Part shown: positions 61,289-64,000 of the stretch, in pieces | Layout: each line of letters starts with the position of its first letter | How positions within the stretch are numbered: the first letter of the stretch is position 1 | Source: Spirochaetota bacterium | GTDB taxonomy: Bacteria; Spirochaetota; UBA4802; JAFGDQ01 | Direction of reading: 5' to 3' | Assembly (NCBI GenBank): GCA_043803405.1 | Contig: JAZDKB010000009.1 | Coordinates: 192,001-256,000 of the forward strand | Length of the DNA: 64,000 nt | Position numbers and translations under genes: made by a program | The notes under the pieces: generated by a model | Databases searched by the model: none | Told to the model about the DNA's origin: nothing | What the model saw: the letters and a program-made list of their open reading frames with translations, nothing else

Positions 61289-63823
61289 TTAAAATCTGTA
61301 ATCGCCTATAGCGAACTGAAAGTTGAAATCCTGGTTAATTTCATGGAAGAATCCGTTATCCTTCCCTACCCATTCCACTTTTCTTCCGAACCAGAACCTT
61401 AGCGGCATCATAGGGAGCTGTATTTTAAAGCCGAATCCCCACGAGTATTTAAAATAATTCATTTTGTCCGCGTCAAAAAAGTCCCTGATATCATAAACCT
61501 GTCTATTTTTTAAATCATTATCAATTACTTTTCTATCATCATCCGTTCGGTATTTCTCCCAGAATTTATCGTTCCATAACGAGCCTGCATCAAAGAAAAG
61601 AGCAAGCCACAGCATTTGAGGATGCACAGGGATCCTTAATTCTGCGCCATAAGTTATACGATGAAAAAGCCTGCCCTGCCACGATTCAGGGAAAGAACTG
61701 TCGTCCAGTTCCCATCCTCTAAGCGTATCCGCCCCGCCCAGATGCAACATATCTTCCGATTCCAGCCACGCGTTCCCGTACGGCGACTGAATTTCCTCAA
61801 GCTTTCTTTTATCAAACGGAGGAGTAAGGAAAGTACCGTTTGCCCTGAATTCAAACACAACAGGATGTGTCTTCAAAAAAGGCAAATTGAATGGAGAATA
61901 ATAAGCATATGCCTCAGGAGAATAAGTAATAAAGTGATCATCACCGCGGAGTAAAGTGCCGCCGGTAAAACCTACCCTGAATTTTGCATACGTCCCTCTT
62001 GTCGGATTCATGTAATTATCTTTAGTGTTGCGGGAAATGTAATAGCTGATCGTTCTGCTTTCCTGAAGACCGTGAGACTCTTCAATGAAGATATCGTCGG
62101 GACTGTTTCCGGTAGGATTCAGTATGCTTTTAAAAGCATGTTCCCAGATAATGCCGACATTATAATAATACCAGAATTGATAGCTTAATCCGAGAGTGTA
62201 TCCGAATTTCTGCACCTGATATTCAGCATCTTCGTTTGTATTGCTGAATATGGAATCATCCGGGTAAGTATACAACCTGTAAAAAATACTGGAAGAAAAA
62301 CCTAACGGATATTTGTCCAGAAGCCAAGGTTCAAAAAAACGAAGACTAACCTCAGTGGATGTCGGGCCGTACTGAACACGGAGGCCGACAGTCTGCCCGT
62401 TTCCCATAAGATTGTTTTCGGCAATATCAGCGAATATTGAAAAACCGGACTGTGTGCCATATCCGCCGCCGAGAGAAATTGTGCCGCTAGGCTGCTCCTC
62501 CACATCAACAATGAGGTTCATAAGGCCTTCCTTGCTTCCCGGCCTTATGTCAAAATTCACCTGCTTAAAGTAACCTAAGTTAAAAACTTTCTCCCTTGAA
62601 ATCTGTATCTTTTCCGAATTAAAAAGCTCACCTTCTTTTACTACTAATTGCCTTCTGATTACTTTATCTTTAGTTTTTTTATTTCCTTTTATAATTATAT
62701 TTTCAATATATGCCTGGCTTCCTTCTTCTATTTGAAAATCGACCCTCACAAACTTACGCTTTTCTGTTTTACCGTCAACTTTTACATCGCGCTCCTGGAT
62801 TGTTTTATTCGGCACTACCCTTGCAAAAATATACCCCTTTGATGCATAGTTGAAACTAATTGACTGCATATCTCTTGTAAATGAAGTATTATTAAACACT
62901 TCTCCATTTTCAGTGAGCTCAAACTTTGATTCAAGCGTCTTGGTAGTGAAAACCTTATTCCCTGCTATCGTGTATTTATCGAAATAATATTTTTCGCCTT
63001 CTATAAGTTTTATTGTAATAAATATCGCCCTTTCATTCTTTTCTTCGGGATCCTTCCATGCGTACTCTACTTTATCCTCAATGATCTGCGCGTCAATATA
63101 ACCGAGCTCTTTGGAGTATCCGACAATCTTGGCTTTATCCTGTTCATAAATATCTTTATTAAACTTGCCGTCGTCGAATAACCCGGATTCCTTTGTTTCC
63201 ATAACTCCTGCAAGCTTGCTGGCTTTCGATTTTTTCGCGCCCAGAATGGATATCTTTTCAACCCTGATCTCTTCTCCTTCATCTACAATAAAGGTTACTT
63301 CAACGCTGTTATCCTTTTCTTTTTTATTTAATTTATAACTGATAACCGCATTATAGAATCCCTCTTCTTTATATTTATTCTTCATCAATTTAATGCTGTT
63401 TTCAAGAAGATCGATCTTCAATACTTCGCCTTCTTTAACAGGAATTAAATTTTCCAGGTCTATATTGCTTTTTTCTTTTACACCCTTAAACGAAATTTTC
63501 GAGATTAGCGGCCTTTCTTTACATACGAATTTCAGCCTTACGCCGTCCCTGTATTCCTCGACCTCTAGTGTTACATCCTCGAACTGGCCTTTGTTAAAAA
63601 CAAGCTTTATTGCCTTTCTGACCTCGATCGCTTTTAGAGGAAATCCCACATCCAGTTCAGTCTGTTCCAGTTCAATTAAAAGATCATCGGCATCAACGTT
63701 CTTTATCCCGGAAAATTCTATTTTCCGGATAATCATACCTTCATATTTTGACGGAGCGGAAAATACTCCGTTAAACATTACCAGCAGACTGAAAATAAAA
63801 ACATATATAAACGCTTTTTTCAT
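61289..63823 (-). CDS. bamA: Outer membrane protein assembly factor BamA
   Basis: POTRA repeats (GNKKTKDKVIRR, NLGYF), ENNLMGNGQ, GGADTLRGW, C-terminal FQFAIGDYRF. Confidence 0.96.
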   Translation of the reverse strand: MKKAFIYVFIFSLLVMFNGVFSAPSKYEGMIIRKIEFSGIKNVDADDLLIELEQTELDVGFPLKAIEVRKAIKLVFNKGQFEDVTLEVEEYRDGVRLKFVCKERPLISKISFKGVKEKSNIDLENLIPVKEGEVLKIDLLENSIKLMKNKYKEEGFYNAVISYKLNKKEKDNSVEVTFIVDEGEEIRVEKISILGAKKSKASKLAGVMETKESGLFDDGKFNKDIYEQDKAKIVGYSKELGYIDAQIIEDKVEYAWKDPEEKNERAIFITIKLIEGEKYYFDKYTIAGNKVFTTKTLESKFELTENGEVFNNTSFTRDMQSISFNYASKGYIFARVVPNKTIQERDVKVDGKTEKRKFVRVDFQIEEGSQAYIENIIIKGNKKTKDKVIRRQLVVKEGELFNSEKIQISREKVFNLGYFKQVNFDIRPGSKEGLMNLIVDVEEQPSGTISLGGGYGTQSGFSIFADIAENNLMGNGQTVGLRVQYGPTSTEVSLRFFEPWLLDKYPLGFSSSIFYRLYTYPDDSIFSNTNEDAEYQVQKFGYTLGLSYQFWYYYNVGIIWEHAFKSILNPTGNSPDDIFIEESHGLQESRTISYYISRNTKDNYMNPTRGTYAKFRVGFTGGTLLRGDDHFITYSPEAYAYYSPFNLPFLKTHPVVFEFRANGTFLTPPFDKRKLEEIQSPYGNAWLESEDMLHLGGADTLRGWELDDSSFPESWQGRLFHRITYGAELRIPVHPQMLWLALFFDAGSLWNDKFWEKYRTDDDRKVIDNDLKNRQVYDIRDFFDADKMNYFKYSWGFGFKIQLPMMPLRFWFGRKVEWVGKDNGFFHEINQDFNFQFAIGDYRF

Positions 63824-64000
63824 TGAAAAAAATCAACCTCATGTCAGAACGTCGGCCTTAAAAATAATAATAGTACATTATATTTTTTGCTCTCTTTACT
63901 TTATCAGCCGGCTAATGTCAAGAAATTATATTTGTGATTAATTATTGCGAAGCAGTATACAAAAAAAGTTACGTAAGTATTAAGGTAAGTTAATAAATTT

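Overview
AT-rich bacterial chromosome segment, most likely from a Leptospira-related spirochaete. This is an inference from the lipid A genes lpxA/lpxD, a BamA ending FQFAIGDYRF, a yajC-X-secD-secF arrangement and futalosine-type menaquinone genes. Housekeeping genes include cca, asnS, mtnP, acs, an ADP-forming acyl-CoA ligase, mqnL/mqnP, ribD/ribE, secDF-yajC and bamA-skp-lpxD-lpxA. The standout is a tightly coupled minus-strand operon (19120->15004): SiaB-like Ser/Thr kinase, SiaC/STAS-like protein, PhcB-like SAM methyltransferase (candidate fatty-acid methyl ester autoinducer synthase), PhcS-like 6TM sensor fused to a PP2C phosphatase, and a YbhB/PEBP protein. It has a structured ~210-nt leader, faces a divergent GGDEF-EAL gene with a 26-bp operator-like inverted repeat, and lies near a second paralogous sensor-phosphatase. 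Together these look like a quorum-sensing circuit read out by partner switching and c-di-GMP instead of a two-component relay. Other notable items: an OM beta-barrel/coiled-coil/Cys-rich protein + ExbB-like + ExbD-anchor-VWA operon; an orphan cas6 preceded by 21-bp hairpin repeats; a 6x21-bp periodic array; a His-less pseudokinase beside a RavA/ViaA-like pair; a vapBC with a perfect operator; GTAG-type REP palindromes; and a MITE-like element. No rRNA, tRNA or CRISPR array was seen. All family calls come from motif recognition, not database searches.
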